A stretch of 63,684 bases of DNA, the filler included. It is 3 parts of 3 records of this genome, joined end to end, with 100 filler letters (N's around TTAATTAATTAA, not from the genome) between each part and the next. Parts side by side here need not be neighbours in the genome. Positions count along the whole stretch, not along the records: positions 26,888 to 49,461 come from SRR20825019_1992; 2 more parts are not named here. One strand, given 5' to 3'. The notes under the pieces were generated by a model, which was given only the letters and a program-made list of their open reading frames with translations, searched no databases and was not told the origin of the DNA. A program made the translations under genes and the position numbers. This document shows, piece after piece, positions 34,823 to 45,668 of this stretch (position 1 is its first letter; the number at the start of each line of letters is the position of its first letter).

Positions 34823-35224
34823 GTTTCCTTAATCACCTCAATTCTTTGAGTTTTTCAACTCAGAAAATTGATCGCAAAGAGAAAATTGCATCGATTTTCT
34901 TCATTTATTCCCTTTCTACGTACAATCCTCACCTCAAAATGAGAACATAAATTCGCCCAACGCCCAAAAAACCTCGTTGAATTTTCAGCTCTGAAAAAGG
35001 AAAGGTGTTAAAAACTTAAACTTCAAAATACGCATTTTATAAACAAATATGTGCTTCGATATTTAAGACCTCAGTAGTAAAACGGTTTTGAGATTGCGCA
35101 CTTTGGATTATTTTTTTGCACAACTAAAATTATCACAACAATAATGCCATAACTTTTTGTTTGCCAAGGTGTTAAACGAGTTAAAAATAAATCTACATTA
35201 GGCTAAAATCTAACTATTAAATTA

Positions 35225-36061
35225 ATGATTATGAAAACAAAAGTAATCTTACTCGCAGGCAGCTTAGTAGCTATCGCGATGGCATGTAACAAGCAAGAGA
35301 GCAAAGTAATGACCGAAGAACGTTGCGTCGATTGTGCCACAGAATCTTACATTTCCCCAACTGGCAGTATTGGAGAAGTAAAAACTGGAATGTTCGATGA
35401 TCGAGTTATTAACTATACCGACGTAGATGGACTTCACATTATGGAAGGTGACGTTTTATTAACGGATGAACAATTGAAAGGGTATGATGAAACGAAAGGA
35501 ACCATCACTACTAGCTCAGTTAAAATCTGGCCAAATGCTAAAGTATATTACAAATTTGCTTCTGGATTAAGCCAATCGAACAAGGATAAGTTCCTTGCTG
35601 CTGTGGCACATTGGGAGAGCGTTACAAATATTCGCTTCTTCGTACGAACAACACAATCCAATTACATCAACGTGATGAGTGGTTCTGGATGCTATTCTTA
35701 CATCGGAATGATTGGTGGAAGTCAAGATCTAAGCATCGGTTCTGGATGTTCAACTGGAAATACAATTCATGAGATCGGACACGCTGTTGGTTTATGGCAC
35801 GAACACACTCGTACAAATCGCAATAGCTATGTAACGATTAACTACGGAAATATTCAATCAGGTAAATCGGGCAATTTCAATATCTGTTCAAGCTGTACTT
35901 CGAACGGAACGCTCGATTTCGGTTCTATTATGATGTATGGATCTTATTCATTCTCAAGTAATGGACTTCCAACGATTGTTAAAACAAATGGAACGACGTT
36001 TACCGTTCAAAGAAATGCATTGTCAACCAACGATAAAGCTATTATCGCCACTAAATACTGA
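35225..36061 (+). CDS. astacin/flavastacin-like M12A metalloprotease lipoprotein
   Basis: Lipobox-like AMAC; propeptide EGDV; HEIGHAVGLWHEH; Met-turn SIMMY. Confidence 0.92.
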   Translation: MIMKTKVILLAGSLVAIAMACNKQESKVMTEERCVDCATESYISPTGSIGEVKTGMFDDRVINYTDVDGLHIMEGDVLLTDEQLKGYDETKGTITTSSVKIWPNAKVYYKFASGLSQSNKDKFLAAVAHWESVTNIRFFVRTTQSNYINVMSGSGCYSYIGMIGGSQDLSIGSGCSTGNTIHEIGHAVGLWHEHTRTNRNSYVTINYGNIQSGKSGNFNICSSCTSNGTLDFGSIMMYGSYSFSSNGLPTIVKTNGTTFTVQRNALSTNDKAIIATKY

Positions 36062-36125
36062 AAAAAATAGTTCTCGGAGCGCTCGAACTGCCATTTGAGC
36101 TTTCGATGAACGTCAACCAAACTAA

Positions 36126-36156
36126 GTCCCTCTGTTTAATTACGGAGGGATTTTTT
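36126..36156 (+). terminator. intrinsic terminator
   Basis: TCCCTCTGT-ttaatt-ACGGAGGGA followed by T6. Confidence 0.8.
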
Positions 36157-36202
36157 CGTTAAACTAACGATCGTTTAGCTAAATATCAGTGATTGGAATT
36201 GG

Positions 36203-37153
36203 TTACAAGCTTTCCAAATACGCATCCACATTCTTTTGGATTCGTTCTTGAATATTGTTCGTATCCGCGCGTTGAAAATCCATTCCTGTAATTTTCTCGT
36301 AAAGCTCGATGTATCGATCTGTTACAACTTCCACGAAATCATCTGGCATTACAGGCATTGTTTGTCCTTCCAATCCTTGAAAATTATTCTCAATCAACCA
36401 TTGGCGAACGAATTCCTTCGAAAGTTGTTTTTGCGGTTCATTCTTCGCTTGTCGCTCTTCATACCCTTCTGCATAAAAATAACGCGAAGAATCTGGCGTA
36501 TGAATTTCATCAATCAAATATACTTTCCCATCACGCAATCCGAATTCATACTTCGTATCTACGAGAATCAAACCGTGTTCTGCTGCGATTTCTGTTCCTC
36601 GTTGGAATAATCTACGTGTGTAATCTTCCAATTGGAGATAAATGTCTTCTGGAACAATGCCTTGGCGAATAATTTCTTCGCGAGAAATATCTTCATCGTG
36701 ACCTTCATCTGCTTTCGTTGCAGGGGTAATAATTGGTTCAGGGAACTTGTCGTTCTCTTTCATTCCCTCAGGCATTGTAACTCCGCACAATACTCTTCTT
36801 CCGGCTTTATACTCGCGAGCTGCGTGTCCAGACATATATCCGCGAATTACCATTTCCACACGAATCGGATCACACGCCAATCCAACGGCCACTGAAGGAT
36901 CTGGAGTTGCAATTAACCAATTCGGAACGATATCTTTCGTTGCATCCAAAAAAAGTGTTGCGACTTGATTCAACACTTGTCCTTTGAAAGGAATTCCTTT
37001 TGGTAAAATGTGATCAAATGCTGAAATTCTATCTGAGGCTACCATAACGAGTAAACCATTGTCCAACGTGTACACATCACGTACTTTTCCATTGTATACG
37101 TTCGTTTGACCCTTAAATGTAAAAGTGCTTTTGGTAATTGCGTTACTGCTCAT
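36203..37153 (-). CDS. purC: SAICAR synthetase
   Basis: [44 protein letters not shown]. Confidence 0.97.
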   Translation of the reverse strand: MSSNAITKSTFTFKGQTNVYNGKVRDVYTLDNGLLVMVASDRISAFDHILPKGIPFKGQVLNQVATLFLDATKDIVPNWLIATPDPSVAVGLACDPIRVEMVIRGYMSGHAAREYKAGRRVLCGVTMPEGMKENDKFPEPIITPATKADEGHDEDISREEIIRQGIVPEDIYLQLEDYTRRLFQRGTEIAAEHGLILVDTKYEFGLRDGKVYLIDEIHTPDSSRYFYAEGYEERQAKNEPQKQLSKEFVRQWLIENNFQGLEGQTMPVMPDDFVEVVTDRYIELYEKITGMDFQRADTNNIQERIQKNVDAYLESL

Positions 37154-37349
37154 GATAAACCGATTAAATGTTCCGCAAAAATAATCAAAGTGTGTGAAGT
37201 GGACATAAAACCCTTGCGAGTAGTTTTCAACGATTTGCTGATATTTTCACAGTGCAATTAGAATTCATTAAAGCGATTTAAAATCACGGATATACTTATC
37301 TTCGACTCTAAAATGTTAATTACAACACTAAATAATCAATGTTAGCATC

Positions 37350-37751
37350 ATGATCATCCCAAAAGATTGCCCTTGCGGAAGAAAAAAACAGTACGTGAAC
37401 TGTTGTGGAAAGTCACATCAAAACGTAGCAAACGCAATAACTGCTGAAGACCTTATGCGATCGCGCTATTCGGCCTTTGTATTAGCGGATGGCGATTATT
37501 TAATGGAAAGTCATCACAGCACAACACGACCTTCGGCTAGAAAAAAAGAACTCGTTCAATGGGCGAAATCCGTAAAATGGTTAAACCTAGAAATCATGAA
37601 CACCACTGGCGGATTAGAAGATGATTCGGAAGGAACAGTTGAATTCAAAGCTCATTTTAAAGACAAAACAAAGCCACAATTCATTCATCAGAACGCGAAG
37701 TTCGTTCGAGAGTATGGACGATGGGCTTATTTGGATGTTGTAGCAAACTAG
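37350..37751 (+). CDS. ychJ: YchJ family SEC-C metal-binding protein
   Basis: CPCG..YVNCC, TAEDLMRSRYSAF, GTVEFKA. Confidence 0.9.
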   Translation: MIIPKDCPCGRKKQYVNCCGKSHQNVANAITAEDLMRSRYSAFVLADGDYLMESHHSTTRPSARKKELVQWAKSVKWLNLEIMNTTGGLEDDSEGTVEFKAHFKDKTKPQFIHQNAKFVREYGRWAYLDVVAN

Positions 37752-37781
37752 CTGCGTTTTCCACAATTCGAACAGGAACAA

Positions 37782-38465
37782 TCAAAAAGAATAATACACC
37801 CCAAGATTGAGCTGTCCTTGCAATTTGCGTTTTGGAATCGTAAATAATGGATACACACCTGTCATTCGTGTATTAAATGAAAACGCTTCATTGATTTTCA
37901 CAGTGTAATTGAGGTACGGAAGAAATTCCAAAAGTGAATAAGACTGAACGCTTGATCGATTATTTGAATATGCTTGAACACTTGCCCCAACATACGTCGT
38001 TGACGTATCCGTATATTCATATCTAGCCGAAAGATATTCGCCATGTGCTCTTCTGCCAAGAGACCAAGTGGCACCAAGATCCATACCTACTGCGAGTTTA
38101 TGATCTTCTTTTTCAAAAACATCCACCCCAATTCCCGCTTGAAATCGGATCATTTTTTCTTTTCTGTATAATTCCGCAGCTTGAAAACCTCCAAAAGGCA
38201 GCGTCGCATAATATTCTATGATACTCGTATCAAAAACCACTTCCTCTGAACGGTTATATTCTCGCTCTGAATATGCAATTCCATACTCATGGTACCATTT
38301 CGAATTCTCATTAAACCGAAATTGACCGAAGACACCAACATTCCATCCGTGCTCTTTCGAGGAGAAAAAGTCATATCCCGCCTGAATTCCGAGCGCTCTT
38401 TCTCCATTTTGAGCAATGGAGCTCGAAGTAATAAATAGTAGAAATAGAAATTGCAGTTGTTTCAT
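37782..38465 (-). CDS. hypothetical outer-membrane beta-barrel protein
   Basis: Signal peptide, alternating beta strands, C-terminal GVYYSF. Confidence 0.7.
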   Translation of the reverse strand: MKQLQFLFLLFITSSSIAQNGERALGIQAGYDFFSSKEHGWNVGVFGQFRFNENSKWYHEYGIAYSEREYNRSEEVVFDTSIIEYYATLPFGGFQAAELYRKEKMIRFQAGIGVDVFEKEDHKLAVGMDLGATWSLGRRAHGEYLSARYEYTDTSTTYVGASVQAYSNNRSSVQSYSLLEFLPYLNYTVKINEAFSFNTRMTGVYPLFTIPKRKLQGQLNLGVYYSF

Positions 38466-38570
38466 CAGTTAAGTTTTAAAGCACTAACGGTCAATCTATC
38501 GTGATCGCATAGGGATCCATTCTTTTTAACATTTCCCAAAATAATCAGTAGAGAACAAAAAAACAATCAA

Positions 38571-38741
38571 TTATTCTGCAACATCTGTATTGGAATTATC
38601 AGAATCCTGATCTTTCATTGTGAGCATTATTTCTTTGCGCTTCAGCTTGTTGAGTTCTTGCTCACGTGCCTTTTTACTCTTCTTCTGCTGGAGAAGTTTA
38701 GTGTGCTTCTTTTTATTAACGGCGTTCTTTTGCTTTGTCAT
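38571..38741 (-). CDS. small Lys-rich hypothetical protein (56 aa; not in ORF track)
   Basis: MTKQKNAVNKKKHTKLLQQKKSKKAREQELNKLKRKEIMLTMKDQDSDNSNTDVAE; co-oriented downstream of phoH; AT-rich leader. Confidence 0.65.
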   Translation of the reverse strand: MTKQKNAVNKKKHTKLLQQKKSKKAREQELNKLKRKEIMLTMKDQDSDNSNTDVAE

Positions 38742-38803
38742 TTTATTGTTTCATGCGAAAATGAATGAAGTTCAACCGACATTCCGATAATCAATGAGGA
38801 AAC

Positions 38804-39775
38804 TTATTCTTCTCCTTTCTCCGCTTTTTCCTTCTCCTCTATTTTTTCAAATGCCTCAATAATCTTCTTTACCAAGCTATGACGAATAACGTCGGCTTGT
38901 CCCATCCGAACAATTCCAACTTCCTCAACTTCTTTCAAAGCATCAATCGCGTAAGCAAGTCCAGAGCGTTGTTTTCTTGGTAAATCAACCTGTGACATAT
39001 CTCCTGTAACGACAAATTTTGCGGTCATTCCCATTCGGGTCAAGAACATTTTCATTTGCATCGTTGTGGTATTCTGCGCTTCATCGAGAATCACAAATGC
39101 TTTATCGAGCGTTCTTCCACGCATAAATGCCAATGGAGCAATTTCTATGATTCCAAATTCGATCATATCTGCCAACTTTTCCGGTGGAATCATGTCGCGC
39201 AGTGCATCGTACAACGGCATTAAATATGGATCCAATTTTTCCTTTAAATCTCCCGGAAGGAAACCCAAATTTTCTCCTGCTTCTACCGCTGGACGCGTTA
39301 AAATGATTCGTTTAACCTCTTTGGCTTTCAACGCGCGAACTGCCAATGCAACGGCAGTATACGTTTTTCCAGTACCAGCAGGACCAACAGCAAAAACCAT
39401 ATCGCGTTTGTTCACAAACTCCACCAATTTTCGTTGATTGATCGTCTTCGCCTTAATCTTTGCACCCTGATTTCCATGAACGAGTATTTCTGAACCGTTT
39501 CCAGAATGCAGAAGCTTCGATCCATCATCCAACATCAAGTTATCGATATTGTTTTCAGTAATGTGATTGTACTGATGAAAATGCTGGATGATTAACTCAA
39601 ACTTTCGTTCAAATTGATCCATCATTTCTTCATCTCCAGCAATGGTAACTACATTACCTCTCGCTGCGACTCTTAATTTTGGGAAGAAGGTCTTAATATG
39701 GTTCAAAGTGTCATTATTCACTCCGAGCACTTCCACGGGATTGATTCCTTGGATTTCAATTTTTCTTTCTAACAA
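38804..39775 (-). CDS. phoH: PhoH family ATPase
   Basis: GPAGTGKT, RPAVEAGENLGFLPGD, MRGRTL, DEAQN. Confidence 0.95.
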   Translation of the reverse strand: MLERKIEIQGINPVEVLGVNNDTLNHIKTFFPKLRVAARGNVVTIAGDEEMMDQFERKFELIIQHFHQYNHITENNIDNLMLDDGSKLLHSGNGSEILVHGNQGAKIKAKTINQRKLVEFVNKRDMVFAVGPAGTGKTYTAVALAVRALKAKEVKRIILTRPAVEAGENLGFLPGDLKEKLDPYLMPLYDALRDMIPPEKLADMIEFGIIEIAPLAFMRGRTLDKAFVILDEAQNTTTMQMKMFLTRMGMTAKFVVTGDMSQVDLPRKQRSGLAYAIDALKEVEEVGIVRMGQADVIRHSLVKKIIEAFEKIEEKEKAEKGEE

Positions 39776-39944
39776 TAGAAATAATGTTTAGTTAAATTTT
39801 CGCGGTGCAAATCTCCTAATAACTCAGGATTTCTCACCGACATCTTTCCATAACACCTAAAAAGTAGGACTAAATACCGATTTAAGCGTTATTTTTGATT
39901 CAAATTTAGAAAATAATTTGCTCCGTTAGAGGGAATTTATCAGG

Positions 39945-40802
39945 ATGAAAGTTATAACACTCACAACAGACATGGGATTAAGCGACCACTACGTGGCATC
40001 GTTGAAAGGAACAATCCTCCGTTTGGCGAGTGACGCGAGTATTGTTGACATCACCCATTCTGTTCGTCCTTTTGATATTTCCGAAGCTGCATTTCATGTT
40101 CAATCGTGTTATAAAGACTTTCCTGATGGAACGGTACACGTAATTGGTGTAGACAGCGAGCCTGTTGTGAATTTTGGAGGTTCCGACGGAAGTTTTCCAA
40201 GTATTATGGAATTCAACAATCACTATTTTATTTGTTGTGACAATGGATTTTTCGGTGCTTTTCTAGGAGAACATCGTCCAGATGGATTTTGGCAAATTGA
40301 CAATGTGCTTTCCAATCCAAAACTGTTCAAATTTCCGACAAAAAATATTTTATTGGTGGCTGCAGGACAACTTCTTAATGGAGAAAAACCTTCAGATATC
40401 GGTTCTCCAATAGAACGGTACAAAAATGCACTTTCGCCAGTAGCAATTTCAGAAACGAACTTAATTAAAGGGTACGTGGTACACATCGACAGCTATGGAA
40501 ATGCTATCACGAATATTAATCAAGAATTATTTAATCGTTTTGGTAAGGACACGCCTTTCATCATTTATTTCAAGCGAAAGGATTATTACATCGATGTGAT
40601 TTCAGGAGCCTACAACGAAGTTCCTCAAGGTGAGCGCGTGGCTATTTTTAACGAAAATAACTTTCTCGAAATCGCAATTAATCGCGGAGCAAGCGGAAGT
40701 ACGGGCGGAGCTGAACAACTTTTTGGCTTGCGTAAAAACGACATGATTCGCATTGAATTTACTCCGCAAGGTTCTCGAGACACTATCGATTCTTTATTCT
40801 AA
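39945..40802 (+). CDS. SAM hydroxide adenosyltransferase / halogenase family (DUF62)
   Basis: ITLTTDMG, VDITH, FPDGTVH, DNG, HIDSYGNAITNI, LEIAIN. Confidence 0.9.
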   Translation: MKVITLTTDMGLSDHYVASLKGTILRLASDASIVDITHSVRPFDISEAAFHVQSCYKDFPDGTVHVIGVDSEPVVNFGGSDGSFPSIMEFNNHYFICCDNGFFGAFLGEHRPDGFWQIDNVLSNPKLFKFPTKNILLVAAGQLLNGEKPSDIGSPIERYKNALSPVAISETNLIKGYVVHIDSYGNAITNINQELFNRFGKDTPFIIYFKRKDYYIDVISGAYNEVPQGERVAIFNENNFLEIAINRGASGSTGGAEQLFGLRKNDMIRIEFTPQGSRDTIDSLF

Positions 40803-40807
40803 ACGTT

Positions 40808-41116
40808 ATGATTACACGAATAGTCAAACTCGAGTTTCAACAAGATAAAATTGACGAATTCTTGGCATTTTTTGAAGGAATTAAGGATGTCGTGAATACC
40901 TTCCCTGGCTGTCTTGGAATGAAACTCTATCGAGATATTGATCAACCAACGATTGTGATGACCTACAGTCATTGGGAAAATGCAGAAGCGCTTGAGAACT
41001 ATCGCATCTCAGGAGCATTTGGAAAAATCTGGCCAACCATTAAACCTTGGTTCTCCGCACGTCCGCAAGCGTGGAGCGTTCAAGCGCATTTTGATGGGTT
41101 TAACATGACCAACTAA
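40808..41116 (+). CDS. ABM-domain (putative quinol monooxygenase) protein
   Basis: FPGC..TYSHWENAEALENYR. Confidence 0.85.
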   Translation: MITRIVKLEFQQDKIDEFLAFFEGIKDVVNTFPGCLGMKLYRDIDQPTIVMTYSHWENAEALENYRISGAFGKIWPTIKPWFSARPQAWSVQAHFDGFNMTN

Positions 41117-41124
41117 GCATATAA

Positions 41125-41838
41125 ATGAATTACTTTTTACCTATTATCTTCGCTTTTATTTCAACATTGACAACCGCTCAAAAAAATGTGGTTCTCGTCA
41201 TTATTGATGGATATACCAATGAACCAATCGAGAATTGTGACGTTCAGATAACCGGAGACAAGAAGATTCGTAAAGAAACAACTTCAAAACAAGGTTTATT
41301 AGAACTAGACCCGAAGGTGATCCAGAATGCTAAAATTGAGATTAAGAATAACGAACTTCAAAAGCTGTTTAATTCAGTTACACTGGGTGAAAGCACCTCA
41401 GATACGCTAATAGTATACATGATTCCCACGCGTGAATACGAAGAGAAAATGTTTGCTCTCGAAGATGAAAAATATGGAGTTTCACGTTCGAAGACAGACG
41501 TTTACAAAACAGACACACTAGGTTCAGAGAACGATTCCTTATTTGTTGCTGCTATTTTTGGAAATGGTTCTGCCGATATGCAAAGTCATATCGCAATGAA
41601 CGTAGAATACCCTGAGATTTCGAAAATAATGGGAGATCAAGGTATCGTATATAGTGAATTCATTGTTGAAAAAGACGGAGCAATTACTCACGTTGAAACG
41701 TTACGGTCTGTGAGTAGTGAATTAGACAGTGAAGCAAAAAGAATTATTCGATCAATGCGTTTTTGGACTCCGGCAGAATATGATGGTCAAAAAGTGAGAA
41801 CGCGTTGTACCTTACCGATTAGATTTGTACTGGATTAA
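41125..41838 (+). CDS. TonB C-terminal domain protein
   Basis: VEYPEIS..QGIVYSEFIVEKDG..LDSEAKRII..WTPA..LPIRF. Confidence 0.85.
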   Translation: MNYFLPIIFAFISTLTTAQKNVVLVIIDGYTNEPIENCDVQITGDKKIRKETTSKQGLLELDPKVIQNAKIEIKNNELQKLFNSVTLGESTSDTLIVYMIPTREYEEKMFALEDEKYGVSRSKTDVYKTDTLGSENDSLFVAAIFGNGSADMQSHIAMNVEYPEISKIMGDQGIVYSEFIVEKDGAITHVETLRSVSSELDSEAKRIIRSMRFWTPAEYDGQKVRTRCTLPIRFVLD

Positions 41839-41979
41839 TCCTTTTTTTACTGTAACACTCTTTGCAATCAGTCGTTATTAAAGCCTCCCATTTAATAAAT
41901 CATTCGCTCACATCATCAATTCCGAGTCGAGGATTCAAAAGGAAATCTTATTTTTGATGTTCAATTCTGAGAAGCTAAT

Positions 41980-42717
41980 ATGCGCGCACTTTATTTTAAA
42001 GAAATTCGAAGTTTTTTAAGTTCAATCATCGGCTACGTTTTCATCCTGATTTATCTTATTGCTTCAGGATTATTTCATTGGGTAATTTCTGGAGAAACAG
42101 GAACAAACTTACTCGAAGGTCAAGAGGCGGACATGATCCCGTTTTTTAACCTTTCTCCCGTTATTTTCTTAATTCTTATTCCTGCGATCACGATGCGTTC
42201 AATTGCTGAAGAACGAAGAACAGGAACGATTGAATTGTTGTTTACTCGTCCGATTTCCGATTTAAAAATCTTATTGGCCAAATACTTCGCTGGAGTGACC
42301 TTGCTTATTGTTGCACTTGCACCCACAATCGTTTATTACGTTTCCATGTACTATCTTGGAAATCCAGTTGGAATTATTGACGCAGGAGCAACATTTACTT
42401 CGTATATAGGATTAATTCTCTTGGGAGCAACGTTTGTGGCAATTGGGACTTTTGCATCCACATTGACGAGTAGCCAAATTGTTGCCTTTATCCTAGCCAT
42501 GTTTCTTTGCTGGCTATTTTACGACGGATTTGCCCTTCTTGGATCTTTTAACCTAATGGGTGGATTCGATTCTGTGATTCAATATTGCGGAATTTCATTC
42601 CATTATGACGGTATAAAACGCGGAGTTTTTGACACGAAAAATCTCATTTACTTCATCACTGTTATCTCAATGTTCATTTTCGCTGCTCTAACGGTGATTA
42701 AATCTCTTAAAAAGTAA
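41980..42717 (+). CDS. gldF: gliding motility ABC transporter permease
   Basis: KEIRSFLSSIIGY, PAITMRSIAEERRTGTIELL; followed by gldG. Confidence 0.92.
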   Translation: MRALYFKEIRSFLSSIIGYVFILIYLIASGLFHWVISGETGTNLLEGQEADMIPFFNLSPVIFLILIPAITMRSIAEERRTGTIELLFTRPISDLKILLAKYFAGVTLLIVALAPTIVYYVSMYYLGNPVGIIDAGATFTSYIGLILLGATFVAIGTFASTLTSSQIVAFILAMFLCWLFYDGFALLGSFNLMGGFDSVIQYCGISFHYDGIKRGVFDTKNLIYFITVISMFIFAALTVIKSLKK

Positions 42718-42721
42718 GGCA

Positions 42722-44509
42722 ATGGCAAAAGAGAAAAACATTTCGAAAGGAATTTACAATTGGTCATTTTTACTAATCGTAATCGTTGGGGTGATCATTG
42801 TGAACATCATCTCATCCTTGGCTTATCGCAGGGTAGACATGACCGAAGATCAGCGTTACTCGTTAGCGGCTGGCACAAAGGAATTTTTAGAAAACGAAAA
42901 GAATTTCCCCAATCGTATAAATATTAAAATTTATCTGGATGGAAAACTTCCTGCTGAGATGAGTCGTTTTCGTAACTCATTGGAAGATAAATTAAAAGAG
43001 TTTAAGCTCTATGCTGGGAAACGAATTGAGTATCAGTTCATTGATCCAAATGCCAACAGCGACGAAGAGAATCGTGAACTTCAAAGAGAAATCTACGCTG
43101 AAGGAAAGGGAATCATTCCTATGGATATCATCTATATGAAAGATGGTACACAGAGTCAAATGACTGTTTTCCCTGGTGCAATTATAGAATATGAAGGATC
43201 AACTGTTGGTTCTGTTCAGCTACTTCCTGGCTCAAAATTGGGAATGCCTTATCAATTGAGTGCATTGGGAGACGTAATCCAAAATTCGATCAACAATCTA
43301 GAATACATGTTGATCAGTTCGATTCGTCGTTCTACTCAAGAATTCAAACCGAGAATCGCCTTTTTGAGCGGTCATGGTGAATTGCAGTTCCAAAACACGC
43401 AGCGCGCTAGATCATTAATCTCACCTTACTTTTCAATCAGAGATATAAATTTAAACGACTCTATTCACGCTTTGGATGACGTAGATGGATTGGTGATCGC
43501 ACGTCCAACACAGCCGTTTAGCGATAAAGATCTGTACATTATTGATCAATTTGTAATGCGCGGAGGACGATTAATGTGCTTTTTGGACAAGCTTGAAATG
43601 AACGAAGATTCATTGAATGCCAACGGAGAAGTGCATACAACACGTAGAGAATTGCGCCTCGATAGAATGCTGTTCGATTACGGATTAAAAATCAACGACA
43701 ACTATTTACTGGACGCTCGTTGCGCGGCAAAGCAGGTTCCATTCGCAAAGCAATCGCTCGTGCCGTGGTTTTTCCACATATTGGCAACACCAACCAATCA
43801 TCCGATTGCAAGAAACGTGGAGCCGGTTGCATTAAAGTATGTGAATGAGATTCAATTTGTGGGGAAAAGTGAAAAAATTGCCCTCACTCCTATTTTGACA
43901 ACAAGCAGCAATTCCACGGCAACTGGACTCGCTCCACTTGTAAACTTGGCAATGCCATTGAATTACGGTGACAACCCGCAGTTAGTTCCGAATCCTCAGA
44001 ATGAAGCAAACAAAAAATGTATTGCAGGACTCGCTGAAGGATTATTCGAATCGCATTTTAAAAGTAGAATTGTAGACGAATTCGCGAACAATCCAGATGC
44101 TAACTACCTCAAAGAAAGCAAAGAAGAAGGAAAAGTACTTTTGGTTGGAAATGGTCGATTTATAGAAAACAAATACGATTCCATGCCGAACAAGCAAGGA
44201 ACGGGTTACATGTATCGCCCTAGCCAGTTAAATGATCTTCAATACAGCGAAGACATGGTGAACCTGAAAATTCGTCACTTTTTTGGAAATCAAGAATTTT
44301 TCCAAAACATGACGGATTATATGATGGGCGACAATTCTGTGCTCGACATTAGAAGTAGACAGATTGATATCCACGCGATTGACAACGAAAAGGTAAAAGC
44401 GGATGCGACATTCTATAAAGTTGTGAATGTTGGATTGCCGATTTTAATCGTTCTTTTGGTTGCTTTCGGACTCAACTTTATGCGTAAACATCGATTTGCA
44501 AAATCGTAA
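42722..44509 (+). CDS. gldG: gliding motility ABC transporter accessory protein
   Basis: DMTEDQRYSL, NNLEY, GHGEL, DQFVMRGG, GNQEFF..IRSR. Confidence 0.92.
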   Translation: MAKEKNISKGIYNWSFLLIVIVGVIIVNIISSLAYRRVDMTEDQRYSLAAGTKEFLENEKNFPNRINIKIYLDGKLPAEMSRFRNSLEDKLKEFKLYAGKRIEYQFIDPNANSDEENRELQREIYAEGKGIIPMDIIYMKDGTQSQMTVFPGAIIEYEGSTVGSVQLLPGSKLGMPYQLSALGDVIQNSINNLEYMLISSIRRSTQEFKPRIAFLSGHGELQFQNTQRARSLISPYFSIRDINLNDSIHALDDVDGLVIARPTQPFSDKDLYIIDQFVMRGGRLMCFLDKLEMNEDSLNANGEVHTTRRELRLDRMLFDYGLKINDNYLLDARCAAKQVPFAKQSLVPWFFHILATPTNHPIARNVEPVALKYVNEIQFVGKSEKIALTPILTTSSNSTATGLAPLVNLAMPLNYGDNPQLVPNPQNEANKKCIAGLAEGLFESHFKSRIVDEFANNPDANYLKESKEEGKVLLVGNGRFIENKYDSMPNKQGTGYMYRPSQLNDLQYSEDMVNLKIRHFFGNQEFFQNMTDYMMGDNSVLDIRSRQIDIHAIDNEKVKADATFYKVVNVGLPILIVLLVAFGLNFMRKHRFAKS

Positions 44510-44521
44510 ATACATTATCCT

Positions 44522-45568
44522 ATGAAAAAAATTATCATTCTAATCGTTTCATTAGTTATCGTTACCGGATTGGGGTACTATGCGTACAAACTCCTTGGTG
44601 ATAAGGGGAAATCAGACACTGAGTTAATCGAATTTGCTGTTCAAGACATTGAATCTGTTGACAAAGTGATTATTACGGATCGATTTTCTCAAATGATTGA
44701 ACTGAAAAAAACAGATGATGAGTCTTGGACAGACGAGGATGGAAACTGTGTAGTTCAAGAAAATGTAAACTACATTCTCGAAGCAATCAAAACCATCGAG
44801 TTCAAAGGGTACGTTCCTGACAACTCCTTGAAGCGCTACACGAATATGATGTCCTCGCAACACGTTAAGGTAGAAATCTTTCAAAATGGTTCGTGGACAA
44901 AAACGTGGTACATCGGTCCAGCATCCCAAGATCACCTTGGACAAATTATGCTTCTCGATTCAAAAGAACTTGGAAAAAGTGCTTTCCCTGTTGTCATGAA
45001 GCTCAAAGGGCACCATGGAATTATCGATGCTCGTTTTTACACAGACAAACGTCAATGGGCGTGTACCAATATTTTCTCGTTAGACCCGAGTAAAATCTCT
45101 AAAGTAAAAGTTGATTTCAGAGAAATTCCAGCAAAAAGCTTTTCTGTAGAGAAAAAAGGGACAAATATGAATGTGTATCAGCAGGGACAATTATTAGCTA
45201 ATGTGGATACAGCCAGTATTTTTAGATACTTGTTAGGGTTCAAGAAAGTGCATTTTAACTCAGCAAATTACGAGTTAAACCACAAGCAATTGGACAGCTT
45301 AAAAAGATCAAAGCCATTTGCTGTACTGAGTGTAACAGAAACGAACAATAAGACGACTCAATTAAAGTGTTACCGTTCTTTCTACAAGATAGAAACAGAA
45401 GGAGGATTGAAGCTCGAAGAAGAAATGGATTTAGATCGATTTTGGTGCGAACTTCCGAATGGAACAGTTGTTAAATGTCAATATTTCGTATTCAATCCAC
45501 TCCTAATGGGTCAAGTTTTCTTCCCGATGAATCTTACTGGGTTAACCGAGGAGCAGATCCTATTTTAG
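44522..45568 (+). CDS. DUF4340-like membrane-anchored protein
   Basis: N-terminal TM; position after gldFG. Confidence 0.6.
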   Translation: MKKIIILIVSLVIVTGLGYYAYKLLGDKGKSDTELIEFAVQDIESVDKVIITDRFSQMIELKKTDDESWTDEDGNCVVQENVNYILEAIKTIEFKGYVPDNSLKRYTNMMSSQHVKVEIFQNGSWTKTWYIGPASQDHLGQIMLLDSKELGKSAFPVVMKLKGHHGIIDARFYTDKRQWACTNIFSLDPSKISKVKVDFREIPAKSFSVEKKGTNMNVYQQGQLLANVDTASIFRYLLGFKKVHFNSANYELNHKQLDSLKRSKPFAVLSVTETNNKTTQLKCYRSFYKIETEGGLKLEEEMDLDRFWCELPNGTVVKCQYFVFNPLLMGQVFFPMNLTGLTEEQILF

Positions 45569-45641
45569 ACATTTGAAAATCCTTGTTAATAACTAAGGAA
45601 AAAAACGGCGCGTTTATTCCATGAGTTCCTAGTGAATTTGA

Positions 45642-45649
45642 TAGTTTTG
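45642..45649 (+). promoter_or_regulatory. Bacteroidota sigma70 -7 element
   Basis: TAGTTTTG matches TAnnTTTG ~20 nt before dnaN; similar TATTTTTG at 39890 and 41949. Confidence 0.55.
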
Positions 45650-45668
45650 GATGATAAATTAACTTCAG

